A stretch of 64,000 nucleotides of DNA. It comes from Candidatus Bathyarchaeota archaeon (GTDB lineage Archaea; Thermoproteota; Bathyarchaeia; Bathyarchaeales; Bathycorpusculaceae). Under the pieces are notes generated by a model, which was not told the origin of the DNA, did not search any database, and was given only the letters and a program-made list of their open reading frames with translations. Positions 1-11,443 of the stretch are shown here, one piece after another. The stretch covers positions 224,001-288,000 of the forward strand of contig CAWEPZ010000011.1 in assembly GCA_963811105.1 (NCBI GenBank), written 5' to 3'. Both the position numbers and the translations under genes were made by a program. Each line of letters starts with the position of its first letter. The stretch's first letter is position 1.

Positions 1-227
1 ATGGGAGTTGCTCTGATCTCAGCTGGTTTTCCCAGTAATCTTTCGATTAGGCCCATTTTTTCAAGGCTAGGCAGGATTTTGTAGACGTCTTCTCTGCGCA
101 CTTTTGAAAACTTCGCTAACTGTGAAACAGTAGTTTTTTCCAGTTTAAGTACAGCTAGATACACCCTTGCTTGATTAAGACTCAAACCCAGACCAAGTAG
201 TAGGTCGGTGTTTTCGTCATTAGACAT
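1..227 (-). CDS. TrmB-family transcriptional regulator (N-terminal part, runs off window)
   Basis: Manual translation from ATG at 227: MSNDENTDLLLGLGLSLNQARVYLAVLKLEKTTVSQLAKFSKVRREDVYKILPSLEKMGLIERLLGKP, a TrmB wHTH pattern. Confidence 0.85.
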   Translation of the reverse strand, partial: MSNDENTDLLLGLGLSLNQARVYLAVLKLEKTTVSQLAKFSKVRREDVYKILPSLEKMGLIERLLGKPAEIRATP

Positions 228-329
228 TCAGAATCCCGATTGGTACTTTGTACCTATTTGTATTTAAGAATTTCTTTGCTTTCGCAAACTTGGCAGCTGT
301 CTTGAGTTTGTAACAGAAAGCTTGACTGA

Positions 330-446
330 TAGAGAGAGACAGATTGATAGACTTTAGGCAGGCACGAGGGTGAGTGAGAGAGTTAGTAGTAGCAAGTGTA
401 TGCGTTCGCAGAGAGAGAGAGAGAGAGAGAAAAAGATTAAGTTTTA
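330..446. repeat. Purine-rich low-complexity tract including (GA)10 at 411-430 and TAG repeats
   Basis: Directly visible; inverted relative at 63232-63354. Confidence 0.8.
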
Positions 447-621
447 GCCCAATTGTTAGAACAATTTGTCCGAATAATCAAAAAGTGGTATTTTTTGAAA
501 GAAACTGTTTGTCTTTACGCTAATCAGATTTGAGATTGGAATTCTTAAGCGCGTTCAATTACATAACAGTCAAAATCTTGTTTCTGTGCAGTTGTTGGTT
601 AGAGTTGTGCTGTATGCTGTT

Positions 622-818
622 CTAGTGAATGATTGTGATGTGGATATGTTTTTTGAAGTCTTCGTAGACTGATTTGTTTGTGTATCTTAGAACTATTGTA
701 AGGATGTCTTTGAGTCCTACTGTTGACCAGTGCATCCACTTATGCTTGCAGCGTTTTGAGACTTCTCCCATAACCGCTCAATTCTGTTAGTAGTGTAGGG
801 TATCTTAATGTCGAGCTC
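622..818 (-). pseudogene. ISH6-like transposase C-terminal fragment, frameshifted
   Basis: Manual translation ELDIKIPYTTNRIERL/MGEVSKRCKHKWMHWSTVGLKDILTIVLRY; homologous to the fragment at 1543-1779. Confidence 0.75.
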
Positions 819-836
819 TTAACAGAAAAAAAGTCA

Positions 837-1217
837 ATGCGGTCTATTGCAAAGATTATGTGTAAATCCCTTATGGCTGTGCGGTTGAAAGCATCTTGCT
901 TAAGCTTAGAAGAAGATAATGGGAGTGAAAATAACACGCCATTATCTTCTACCCTCATGAAGTTAGTTTTGCCCGATGAGTTGCCTTCAATTGAGGAAAA
1001 ACTCAAGACCTTAGTTGGCGCCTTGCAGCGGCTTGAATCGGGCAAATTGAATAGAATTGGTGTTTTTCGTTTACGAACAATCATTCAGGGCGTGAAAGTG
1101 TACCAGGAGCTCATAGCGCAATATGTCGATTATAGGGGGCTTGAGGCTGAATTGTTAGAATGGAGGGAGAAGTATGCGGACCTTGCAAAAAAATCCACGA
1201 ACCCTCCGGCCAAATAA
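837..1217 (+). CDS. Provirus-associated protein upstream of terminase (small-terminase position), probably N-terminally truncated
   Basis: Overlaps the start of the TerL-like ORF; helical C-terminus; the IS fragment abuts its 5' end. Confidence 0.5.
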   Translation: MRSIAKIMCKSLMAVRLKASCLSLEEDNGSENNTPLSSTLMKLVLPDELPSIEEKLKTLVGALQRLESGKLNRIGVFRLRTIIQGVKVYQELIAQYVDYRGLEAELLEWREKYADLAKKSTNPPAK

Positions 1218-1550
1218 CTTCATTGATACCCGAGCTAAGACACGCGAGGAAATTGACTCTCTGGAGACCGATAGACTGAGCAAGGTTGAGACGCTTAAGA
1301 CTGATCCGCTTGAATTTTTCTGTCAAATCCTAGGTGTAGAGCCGACAGATTACGAGAAGGAACTTATCGAGCCTTTCCAAAAGAATCAATTTGTGGCTGC
1401 TCGGTGGAGCCGACAATCTGGCAAGAGTTTTACGACGTCTGGAATTTTACTTAATTATGCGCTGGTTAACCCTAATTGATGCATTGGTGTTGTGGTGCCT
1501 AGTTGGCGCCAAACAAAACTTGTTATCCGACGTATTGGGGATTTTGCGAG
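1174..1550 (+). pseudogene. Terminase large subunit N-terminal ATPase fragment
   Basis: DPLEF..ILG.EPTDY (Q-motif-like), ARWSRQSGKS Walker A, in-frame TGA at 1477-1479, continues IGVVVPSWRQTK, then cut by IS sequence. Confidence 0.75.
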
Positions 1551-1807
1551 GCTGGTTGTGAAGGGAAGTTGCATTCCCCTTACGAATAATTTGATTGAGC
1601 GTTTGATGGGTGAGGTTGCTAAACGCATTAAGCATAGGTGGATGCATTGGAGCACGAAGGGATTGGAGAATCTGCTGAATATCCTTCTGGCAAGGTACTG
1701 CAACAGATGCTTCTACAAAGAAATGAAAGAAAGATACTTAAGCCCAAACATTACACAAATTCAGATTGCGGTAACGTAAGAAAGCTAGCCGATTAAGAGC
1801 CACAACC
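1543..1807 (+). mobile_element. ISH6-like element 3' end (transposase tail plus probable right end)
   Basis: IPLTNNLIERLMGEVAKRIKHRWMHWSTKGLE, stop at 1779; sequence ends CACAACC at 1807 (reads GGT inward, as expected for ISH6-type ends). Confidence 0.7.
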
Positions 1808-1819
1808 AAAAATTTGAAT

Positions 1820-2251
1820 CTATCGAAAGTTGGCCATGTCTATCTCTTGCATTTTTCTCACTAAATGAAATTCAGAGACGTATATTGTGAAAACCATAAT
1901 GAAGCTCATTGCCATTGTCAGTGATAGGCTGCCGTCTTGGCCTCGGAGGGTAAACGTAGCACCTGTTGCCACAGCTACCAAAGCAAATCCCAATGCAAAC
2001 GCCGACAAAGCCGATACCCAAACATTTCTTAACCTTGAGCCATAGCTTAGAATTATACTCGCTAATGTCAAAATTAATATGCCGTCTATTATGTGCGCTG
2101 CGACTTCCGCTCCGCCGGAGTAATTGGCGAAGTTCTGAGGAGTAGTCAGGGGTATTTTGACAAATAAGTTAATATTCATGCCGAGATAGAACTGGATAAA
2201 AATTAAAACAGTTTCAATACCGAGCAGGATTTTAATTAACTTAAAACCCAT
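1820..2251 (-). CDS. Hypothetical membrane protein (~4 TM)
   Basis: 143 aa ORF with hydrophobic segments; TATA-like sequence upstream. Confidence 0.7.
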   Translation of the reverse strand: MGFKLIKILLGIETVLIFIQFYLGMNINLFVKIPLTTPQNFANYSGGAEVAAHIIDGILILTLASIILSYGSRLRNVWVSALSAFALGFALVAVATGATFTLRGQDGSLSLTMAMSFIMVFTIYVSEFHLVRKMQEIDMANFR

Positions 2252-2381
2252 AATTATTAGATAGTTAGCACCGTATTATAAGCTTTTACAGAAAACCCTA
2301 AACACTCAAATTATTTGCGATAAAGGAATAATCTTCAGTTTCATAACTATGCAAAAAAAACTGATACAATATGAGTATACG

Positions 2382-2401
2382 CCATGCATAGGCAAACAAG
2401 A
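2382..2401 (-). other. 3' arm of 23S pre-rRNA processing stem
   Basis: Perfect 20-nt reverse complement of 5557-5576. Confidence 0.85.
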
Positions 2402-2476
2402 TTTCGGCACACACTGTCATACCGAAAAGCTGCTTCATCAAATATCGCTCAAACACCATCATGGCACTCGACATCT

Positions 2477-5479
<3,003 letters not shown>

Positions 5480-5556
5480 GTTCGGGCCATAGGTGGTGTT
5501 TGTTTGGCGTTTGGTGAAACAACATTTCGAATATGTATAGTGTGTTGCGTCGTTGT

Positions 5557-5576
5557 TCTTGTTTGCCTATGCATGG
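5557..5576 (-). other. 5' arm of 23S pre-rRNA processing stem
   Basis: Pairs with 2382-2401; imperfect pairing continues inward. Confidence 0.85.
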
Positions 5577-6167
5577 TGTCATTTTGATCTTCGCGCAATG
5601 ACTTGGCGAAGTCTCGTCCACCCTTCACTCCCCATCGACATGGTGAGGAGTTGCATCTCTTTATATGGCATAACCCATATTGCTGAATTGCATTAGAAGC
5701 GGCTTTCACTGATATAAGCATTATGTTGAGACTTATTGAGGTTTATTGTGAGATGATTTCTTGCTTCGGTGTCATTTTTGAGACTTTCTAAACTTCACGT
5801 TTTCACTCGACGTTGGTTAGGTGCCGAGTCGCATGGAATTATAGCTTAAGCAGGCCTTATTCATATAAGGATGACGGCATAATTGGCACACAATATGTAT
5901 TATGTGTTTTAATTAGCACTTTTAAGATTAACGTTTGCTTACATTTATGGATGACTAATTGAATTTTAGCAAGTACCCATCTTGTCACCAATGAGGAATA
6001 AAGAAAATCAACAAATCGTGTAACCGCAGAAAAACCTGCATTTTTGATTTTAGCTTATAGTTTAGATTTTCATGAAACGAGATTATTGACATTGCAGATT
6101 TTTTTAGTAGTAACTTTTATTTGGGTAAGGTTTAATGTGATGGTGTATTCTGGGCTCTTTGGCGGGT

Positions 6168-6244
6168 GCCTCGATAGCTCAGCCCAGTAGAGCGGCTGCC
6201 TTGTAAGCAGCAGGCCGCGGGAGCAAGGCCCGCTCGAGGCTCCA
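6168..6244 (+). tRNA. tRNA-Thr(UGU), CCA encoded, atypical D and T loops
   Basis: All four stems fully paired; anticodon loop CT-TGT-AA; discriminator T; T-loop AGCAAGG. Confidence 0.9.
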
Positions 6245-6350
6245 CGAAAATTTTCGTCCATAAGCCCATTAAATTTATTATAGATTTTCAGTAAATCGGG
6301 GTAAGCTTAAATCACAAAACTTCTAAACCAAAAAACAGTACTAAAAAATA

Positions 6351-6590
6351 TTATTCTTCAGGCGCTTCGGGTTCATCGTCCTTTGCGGTTGGGTTTTTGC
6401 CTGTAAGTTTGTATTTACGTGCTTGTGTTTCTATTATTTCGTGCTCGAAAAACTTCTTTATTGATTTGAAGACTTTTTTGCATGGTTCGCCTGTCTTGTC
6501 GGTTATTTCTTGAAGAGTTAGTTCTTTGCCTTCGGCCTTTAGAGTTTGATAGACTTTTTCGTCGGTTTTATTAAGTTTCATATGGATCAC
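6351..6590 (-). CDS. Small winged-HTH protein
   Basis: LTLQEITDKTGE..KVFKSIKKFFEHEII pattern, acidic tail. Confidence 0.7.
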   Translation of the reverse strand: MIHMKLNKTDEKVYQTLKAEGKELTLQEITDKTGEPCKKVFKSIKKFFEHEIIETQARKYKLTGKNPTAKDDEPEAPEE

Positions 6591-6704
6591 TGCCTATACT
6601 ATTTCTTTGTGTTATGGTGAAAGGGCTTTTTCAATTTTGCGGTTAAATCTTTAGAGAAAATAGATATCAACTAGAATTTTCAATAGCAAATCAATGTGTC
6701 CGTA

Positions 6705-7043
6705 TTATTTCTTCCCAAAAGTTTCAGGGTTAATCTGCCTATACTTACCATCCTTATCAACTACGTACATATGGAAGTCATATTCGTCGCAGTAATTCTT
6801 AACATCGATATATCGCTGCTTGTTGCCTTCAAACATTTCAGGGGTTACTATTTCACAAATACGAGTTAAACAACCTTTCTTTTCAGCTTGAATATCGGGC
6901 AGGTATCCCTTACCCACCTGAGATGGTTTCTCGTAACCTTCTAAATCCGCTTTAACCGTCCAGCTATCCCGTTTCAATTCGTCGGCAACAGCCCTAACAC
7001 ACACATCAACATTATTCTGACTTAATTTTTTTTTCTCAGTCAT
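6705..7043 (-). CDS. Hypothetical protein, possible restriction-endonuclease-like fold
   Basis: 112 aa; PDIQAEK...ICEIV. Confidence 0.6.
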   Translation of the reverse strand: MTEKKKLSQNNVDVCVRAVADELKRDSWTVKADLEGYEKPSQVGKGYLPDIQAEKKGCLTRICEIVTPEMFEGNKQRYIDVKNYCDEYDFHMYVVDKDGKYRQINPETFGKK

Positions 7044-7110
7044 ATTAATCGCCTGAAAATACTATTGTTTTCCCATTTTATTAATAGTTTGAAAATACCA
7101 TTGCTGTAAA

Positions 7111-8076
7111 TTACTGAGAGCTATTTTCCTCCAAAAACTTGTCTATGAAGACTAGCGGCAGACCAAGCAGCGGAAGCGAGAGCATCCAAAGGTCCAAGTT
7201 ATGCCCCAAAAACCATGCGTACCAGGCACTCCAGAAACTGGTGCTTCCAAAGAAAATCCAAGACAAATAGTTCCAAAGAAAATACATCCCCAAACTCAAA
7301 ACAACCACCCCGACACTTCTCCAACTCACAAAGCCAACATCAACCGATTTTTTAGCAAGGTATGCCGCATAAATTGTCAGAGCAAGAAGCCCGAATAATG
7401 TAACTGCGAAACTGATGAGGTGTTGGGGGTAAACTGTCAAGTAGCTATATCCTTTCACCATTACAGTGTAAACCCAGATGCTTGAGTTAAGCAGCCAAAA
7501 CGTCAAAACGTAAAGTGTCCCCGCAATTAGTGCCCACTTCACAACGCTCCTAAATGGATTGGCAGCGCTGAGCTTGTAAGCCAAAATGAATAGAACAATC
7601 GGCAAAACAATGGATTCCACAAAGCTTGGGACAGCATTTAGAACAAAATTGTTTAAAACTGAGGTTGCGGCGCTATTTCTGGAAATCATCATGAGAACAC
7701 TGCGAACATTTGCACCTGCGCTTGTGCTAAGCCCCAACCAATAGATACCCTCAAAAACGATGACCCAACGCAAAATCTTAAACAGTTTAGCTTTCGATGG
7801 AAAATCTCTCGAAAAATAATATACGACACAGGCTACGGCGATGATACTGGCGACAAAGCGGAAAACGATGCCTATCGTACCTGAAATATCCTCAATGTAA
7901 GTGATAAATGAAAAGGATCTGCCGCGACTCCACTCCCCAATCCACTCCAACGTGAACAAGGCATGAAGCGTAAACAGAAAATATGAGAGCACAACAGCCA
8001 GCAAACCAACTTTTACCGAGGTATTCTTATTCGTCATTAAATCACTGTTCTTAAATGTGAAAGAAAATATCTCCAT
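7111..8076 (-). CDS. Multi-pass membrane protein
   Basis: 321 aa, about 8 hydrophobic segments; start may be the downstream Met. Confidence 0.75.
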   Translation of the reverse strand: MEIFSFTFKNSDLMTNKNTSVKVGLLAVVLSYFLFTLHALFTLEWIGEWSRGRSFSFITYIEDISGTIGIVFRFVASIIAVACVVYYFSRDFPSKAKLFKILRWVIVFEGIYWLGLSTSAGANVRSVLMMISRNSAATSVLNNFVLNAVPSFVESIVLPIVLFILAYKLSAANPFRSVVKWALIAGTLYVLTFWLLNSSIWVYTVMVKGYSYLTVYPQHLISFAVTLFGLLALTIYAAYLAKKSVDVGFVSWRSVGVVVLSLGMYFLWNYLSWIFFGSTSFWSAWYAWFLGHNLDLWMLSLPLLGLPLVFIDKFLEENSSQ

Positions 8077-8171
8077 GAATCTTATTACATTTACGGTTAC
8101 TATGAATTAACAACGCAAAACTACACTAATTCTTAAATAATAAAAATTATTATAATAAAAAAGGGTTCTAT

Positions 8172-8405
8172 TTGAAACAAAATAGCGAGCGTAAAACAAG
8201 TTTTCTGATTGCGGTTCAAGGCCTTGGTGCGGTGTTTGTGGGTATCTTCTTAGTGGCTTACTTAGGAGGCATGTTTATGAATCCATCAACAACGGTTCTA
8301 CATTTTGAACCTGTTTTCAGAATTCCGCTCATCGTCTTTGGTGCTGGGCTTCTTGGTCTTGTGTCGATTGGCATTATTCTTGCTGCGTCAAAGCAGCGTT
8401 CTTGA
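8172..8405 (+). CDS. Small 2-TM membrane protein
   Basis: 77 aa, two hydrophobic helices. Confidence 0.6.
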   Translation: MKQNSERKTSFLIAVQGLGAVFVGIFLVAYLGGMFMNPSTTVLHFEPVFRIPLIVFGAGLLGLVSIGIILAASKQRS

Positions 8406-8440
8406 TGGTACCAAACTTATATGTTAAGATTAGTTTTTAG

Positions 8441-9076
8441 CTAATTTACTGTTCGCCTTGTTCCATTTTCAAACACATAAACCTCGTTGATGAATGATAG
8501 ATCGCCGTTTTCATACACAAGTGCCGAGCCCATAGGTACAGCGAAAATTTTCTTCTGGCTCGACAGTCGTTGCAACATGTTGTCTCTTTCAAGTTTGTAG
8601 TGGACTTTAAGGGTGAGATCTGCTAAGCCAAGACCATTATCAATAATTTTGACTTTCGAATTGCCGCGGCAGGTAATTACACACGTTTTGCAGAGCACTA
8701 ATGCTCCGGCACTTCTTCCAACAATTACGCCAGTATAATTGCGCAGCAATTCATCTACACCTGTATTTTTGAGGCGTTCTGCAAGAATTGTTACAAGTCC
8801 ACCTGTCAAGTAAATCAAGTTAGAGGTTGCCATTTTTCGAGCGATGGTTTCTTTAGAGTCGGAGTACTCAATAAAATCAATTGATTTTGCACCCAAACTT
8901 ATGAAGTAATCAACCAGGCGCTTACGTTTTTTGTAGCTCATGTCAAATGAGGCTCTTGCCCAAGGAAACACGGCGATAACAGGAGAGCCCCCTGCGTCTT
9001 CGAACGCTTTTTCATTGACTTCCTTTGCACTTCGTTTAAAGACGTTTTCTCCACCTAGAAGATACAGTTTGGGCAT
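8441..9076 (-). CDS. Peptidase S51 (peptidase E/cyanophycinase-like)
   Basis: IYLTGG, GRSAGA nucleophile elbow, VHY. Confidence 0.85.
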   Translation of the reverse strand: MPKLYLLGGENVFKRSAKEVNEKAFEDAGGSPVIAVFPWARASFDMSYKKRKRLVDYFISLGAKSIDFIEYSDSKETIARKMATSNLIYLTGGLVTILAERLKNTGVDELLRNYTGVIVGRSAGALVLCKTCVITCRGNSKVKIIDNGLGLADLTLKVHYKLERDNMLQRLSSQKKIFAVPMGSALVYENGDLSFINEVYVFENGTRRTVN

Positions 9077-9165
9077 AGAAGCAACAAATTGCAGTGGTGC
9101 CTTAAAAGCGAATGCTGCCTATAGAAAAACAAGGCTTATAACTTTAATCGGACAGTAAGCCAACG

Positions 9166-9393
9166 ATGCAAATGACACCTCAAGGATTTGTCGAGTATAA
9201 ACCCAGAGAATTCTGCCAAGACATCCAATGCCCCATTCAACTTGAGCTAAACAGGCTTGGGGAGAATTCCTCTGCATATGAGGAAACACGACAAAAATGC
9301 AGCAGCACCTGCCTATACACTACATGGCAATTTCACCACTGGTTAATAGAAAAAGGCTACCTAATCCTAAAACCATTCGAAAGAAAAAAATAA
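9166..9393 (+). CDS. Small Cys/His-rich hypothetical protein
   Basis: CQDIQC...C..TC...FHHW. Confidence 0.65.
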   Translation: MQMTPQGFVEYKPREFCQDIQCPIQLELNRLGENSSAYEETRQKCSSTCLYTTWQFHHWLIEKGYLILKPFERKK

Positions 9394-9614
9394 GCAAATA
9401 GGTCTTGCTCCACATATGTCATATTTGAACTAAATTTTCTTTCTTTAAAATTCAAAATCATATGGAAAAACGGCGTTGCGGGGCTGTTATCTCTATATAC
9501 TCCGCGGTGCTCTTGTATTGTTTGTCGGGATTTTTCGAAAGAATATAGCACCCTGTTCCAACTTAGCTTGCGTATATAGGTAATTCTGACATCCAAAATT
9601 GGAAGAGATAAAGT

Positions 9615-10280
9615 TTGAACTACAAAGAACCAGCCATAATTGAGCACTTAGCATTTCTTTCAGTAAAATACTGTGTTTACCTGTCAGAACTCTATCAAGC
9701 ACTAGTTTCTGCAAGAGTAAACGAAAAAGCTACATGTGAAGACCTTACAGTTGAATACCGAGGCACCATAAAACACCAAGTTATATTTCTAATCACAAAA
9801 GGCAGCGCCGTCCTTGTGCAGTTTCGCGTTGCCGAAGAATTTCTCCAGAGAAAAAATATAAGCTTTGAAAGCTGGCTAGATACGGACAAAATACGTAGAC
9901 AATTAGCTAGACAAAACACTACACCTGATTCAACATCAATCAAAAACTTGAGGCATGGAATGAAAAAGGTTACGGTGAAGGGAGAAGTACTCGAAACTCA
10001 AAAACCCCAACTAATCCATACCCAATATGGAAACAGCGTTATGCTTACCAATGTTTGGATTTCAGATGAAACGGGAAAAGTCAAGCTTTGCCTTTGGGGA
10101 GAACAATTAAACTCTCTTGTCCCTGGCGATATAGTGCAAGTTACGCATGGGTCGGTAAGAACGTTCAAAGGAGAAAGACAATTAAGCATTGGAACCCGAG
10201 GAACAGTCAACGTATTGCAGGGAAACACCGCTGGAGATCAAAGAAGAATTTCCCAGAAAACAACTGTTACATTAGACTAA
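9615..10280 (+). CDS. OB-fold ssDNA-binding (RPA/SSB-like) protein with N-terminal extension
   Basis: ISDETGKVKLCLWG..GDIVQV..G.V..FKGE.QLSIG. Confidence 0.8.
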   Translation: MNYKEPAIIEHLAFLSVKYCVYLSELYQALVSARVNEKATCEDLTVEYRGTIKHQVIFLITKGSAVLVQFRVAEEFLQRKNISFESWLDTDKIRRQLARQNTTPDSTSIKNLRHGMKKVTVKGEVLETQKPQLIHTQYGNSVMLTNVWISDETGKVKLCLWGEQLNSLVPGDIVQVTHGSVRTFKGERQLSIGTRGTVNVLQGNTAGDQRRISQKTTVTLD

Positions 10281-10324
10281 ATTCACAATTCTTTAAAATA
10301 GAGCCAAAATAATGTTAGAAGACA

Positions 10325-10540
10325 CTATCAAATGCTTTAGCAATTGGTGTTGATTTTGATAGAAGAAGAACAACAATCCGGTGCTATGGGAAGTTATTGT
10401 TCTTCTTCGAAAGAAATAGGACACAGTGTTCACTCCCCATGATCCTTCTTCTTCAAAGCTTGTGAAAGAAGAAGAAACTTACCGGGGTGTACACACTTCT
10501 TCCACTAGGAATACATCTAAGAAGCGTCTTTACTCAGACG
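10325..10540. ncRNA. Candidate structured non-coding RNA (several hairpins)
   Basis: Stems 10325-32/10355-62, 10362-73/10397-408 (12 bp), 10446-54/10468-76 (9 bp), 10526-30/10536-40. Confidence 0.4.
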
Positions 10541-10636
10541 AAATAATCATGAACAGATACCAATTATTTTTTTTTCATTGATCAAGGATAAAGGTTATCT
10601 AATTCTAAAACCAACAGGTAGCACGGTGATTATATT

Positions 10637-11434
10637 ATGGAGTGGGGAATGAAAAACAGGTTAAGTAGACTTATCCAGAAAGATGGGAAAGCTCTCTTTT
10701 TACCCGTTGACCACGGCTACTTCCAAGGTCCAACGCATGGCCTTGAGAAGCCCGAGGATACAATCAAGCCAATCTACCAATACGCAGACGCAATCATGCT
10801 AACACGCGGTGTGCTTCGCAACTGCATTGATCCAGCAATCGAAAAGCCAATCATCTTGCGAGTTTCAGGAGCAGTAACCGTAGTAGGCGAAGACCTAGCA
10901 AATGAAAGCATAGTTACATCAATTCAGGAAATTCTGCGATTAAACGTCAGTGCAGTTTCAATGTCTGTTTTTGCAGGAACAAAATACGAGAACAAAAGCC
11001 TTAGCAACTTAGCCAAACTTGTTGATGAATGCGAAGATTATGGCGTTCCTGTTATGGCTGTTACCGCGGTTGGAAAAGAACTTGAAAAGAGAGAAGCACG
11101 TTATTTAGCGTTAGTTGCACGAGTTTCAGCTGAAATCGGAGCAAGAGTAGTAAAAACCTATTATTGCAAAGAAAACTTTGAGAAAGTCGTTGATGGATGT
11201 CCAGTACCAGTTGTTATGGCAGGTGGACCAAAAGCTGAAACTCAAAAAGAAGTTTTCGATTTCGTTTACGATGGTATGCAGAAGGGCGCTATAGGTGTTA
11301 ATTTGGGAAGGAACGTTTGGCAAACCGAGAACCCTGTAGCCGCAATAAGGGGACTCCGAGCCATTGTCCACGAAAACTTCACGCCTCAAGAAGCCTTAGA
11401 TCTGTTCAATCAAGTGAAAGCAGGCAAAGCCTAA
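10637..11434 (+). CDS. lsrF: LsrF-like thiolase / DhnA-type class I aldolase
   Basis: MEWGMKNRLSR, DHGYFQGPT, VKTYY, MAGGPK, GRNVWQ. Confidence 0.85.
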   Translation: MEWGMKNRLSRLIQKDGKALFLPVDHGYFQGPTHGLEKPEDTIKPIYQYADAIMLTRGVLRNCIDPAIEKPIILRVSGAVTVVGEDLANESIVTSIQEILRLNVSAVSMSVFAGTKYENKSLSNLAKLVDECEDYGVPVMAVTAVGKELEKREARYLALVARVSAEIGARVVKTYYCKENFEKVVDGCPVPVVMAGGPKAETQKEVFDFVYDGMQKGAIGVNLGRNVWQTENPVAAIRGLRAIVHENFTPQEALDLFNQVKAGKA

Positions 11435-11443
11435 GCTCACCCT

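Noticed and set aside
740-1084. 114-aa minus-strand ORF
   Set aside because: Antisense to 837-1217 and out of frame with the transposase fragment.
1477-1479. In-frame TGA as possible selenocysteine or recoding (also 59734-59736)
   Set aside because: Both lie in truncated relics, not at catalytic Cys positions; TGA is used as a normal stop throughout the window.
1492-1779. 95-aa ORF as a genuine gene
   Set aside because: Chimera of terminase and transposase fragments.
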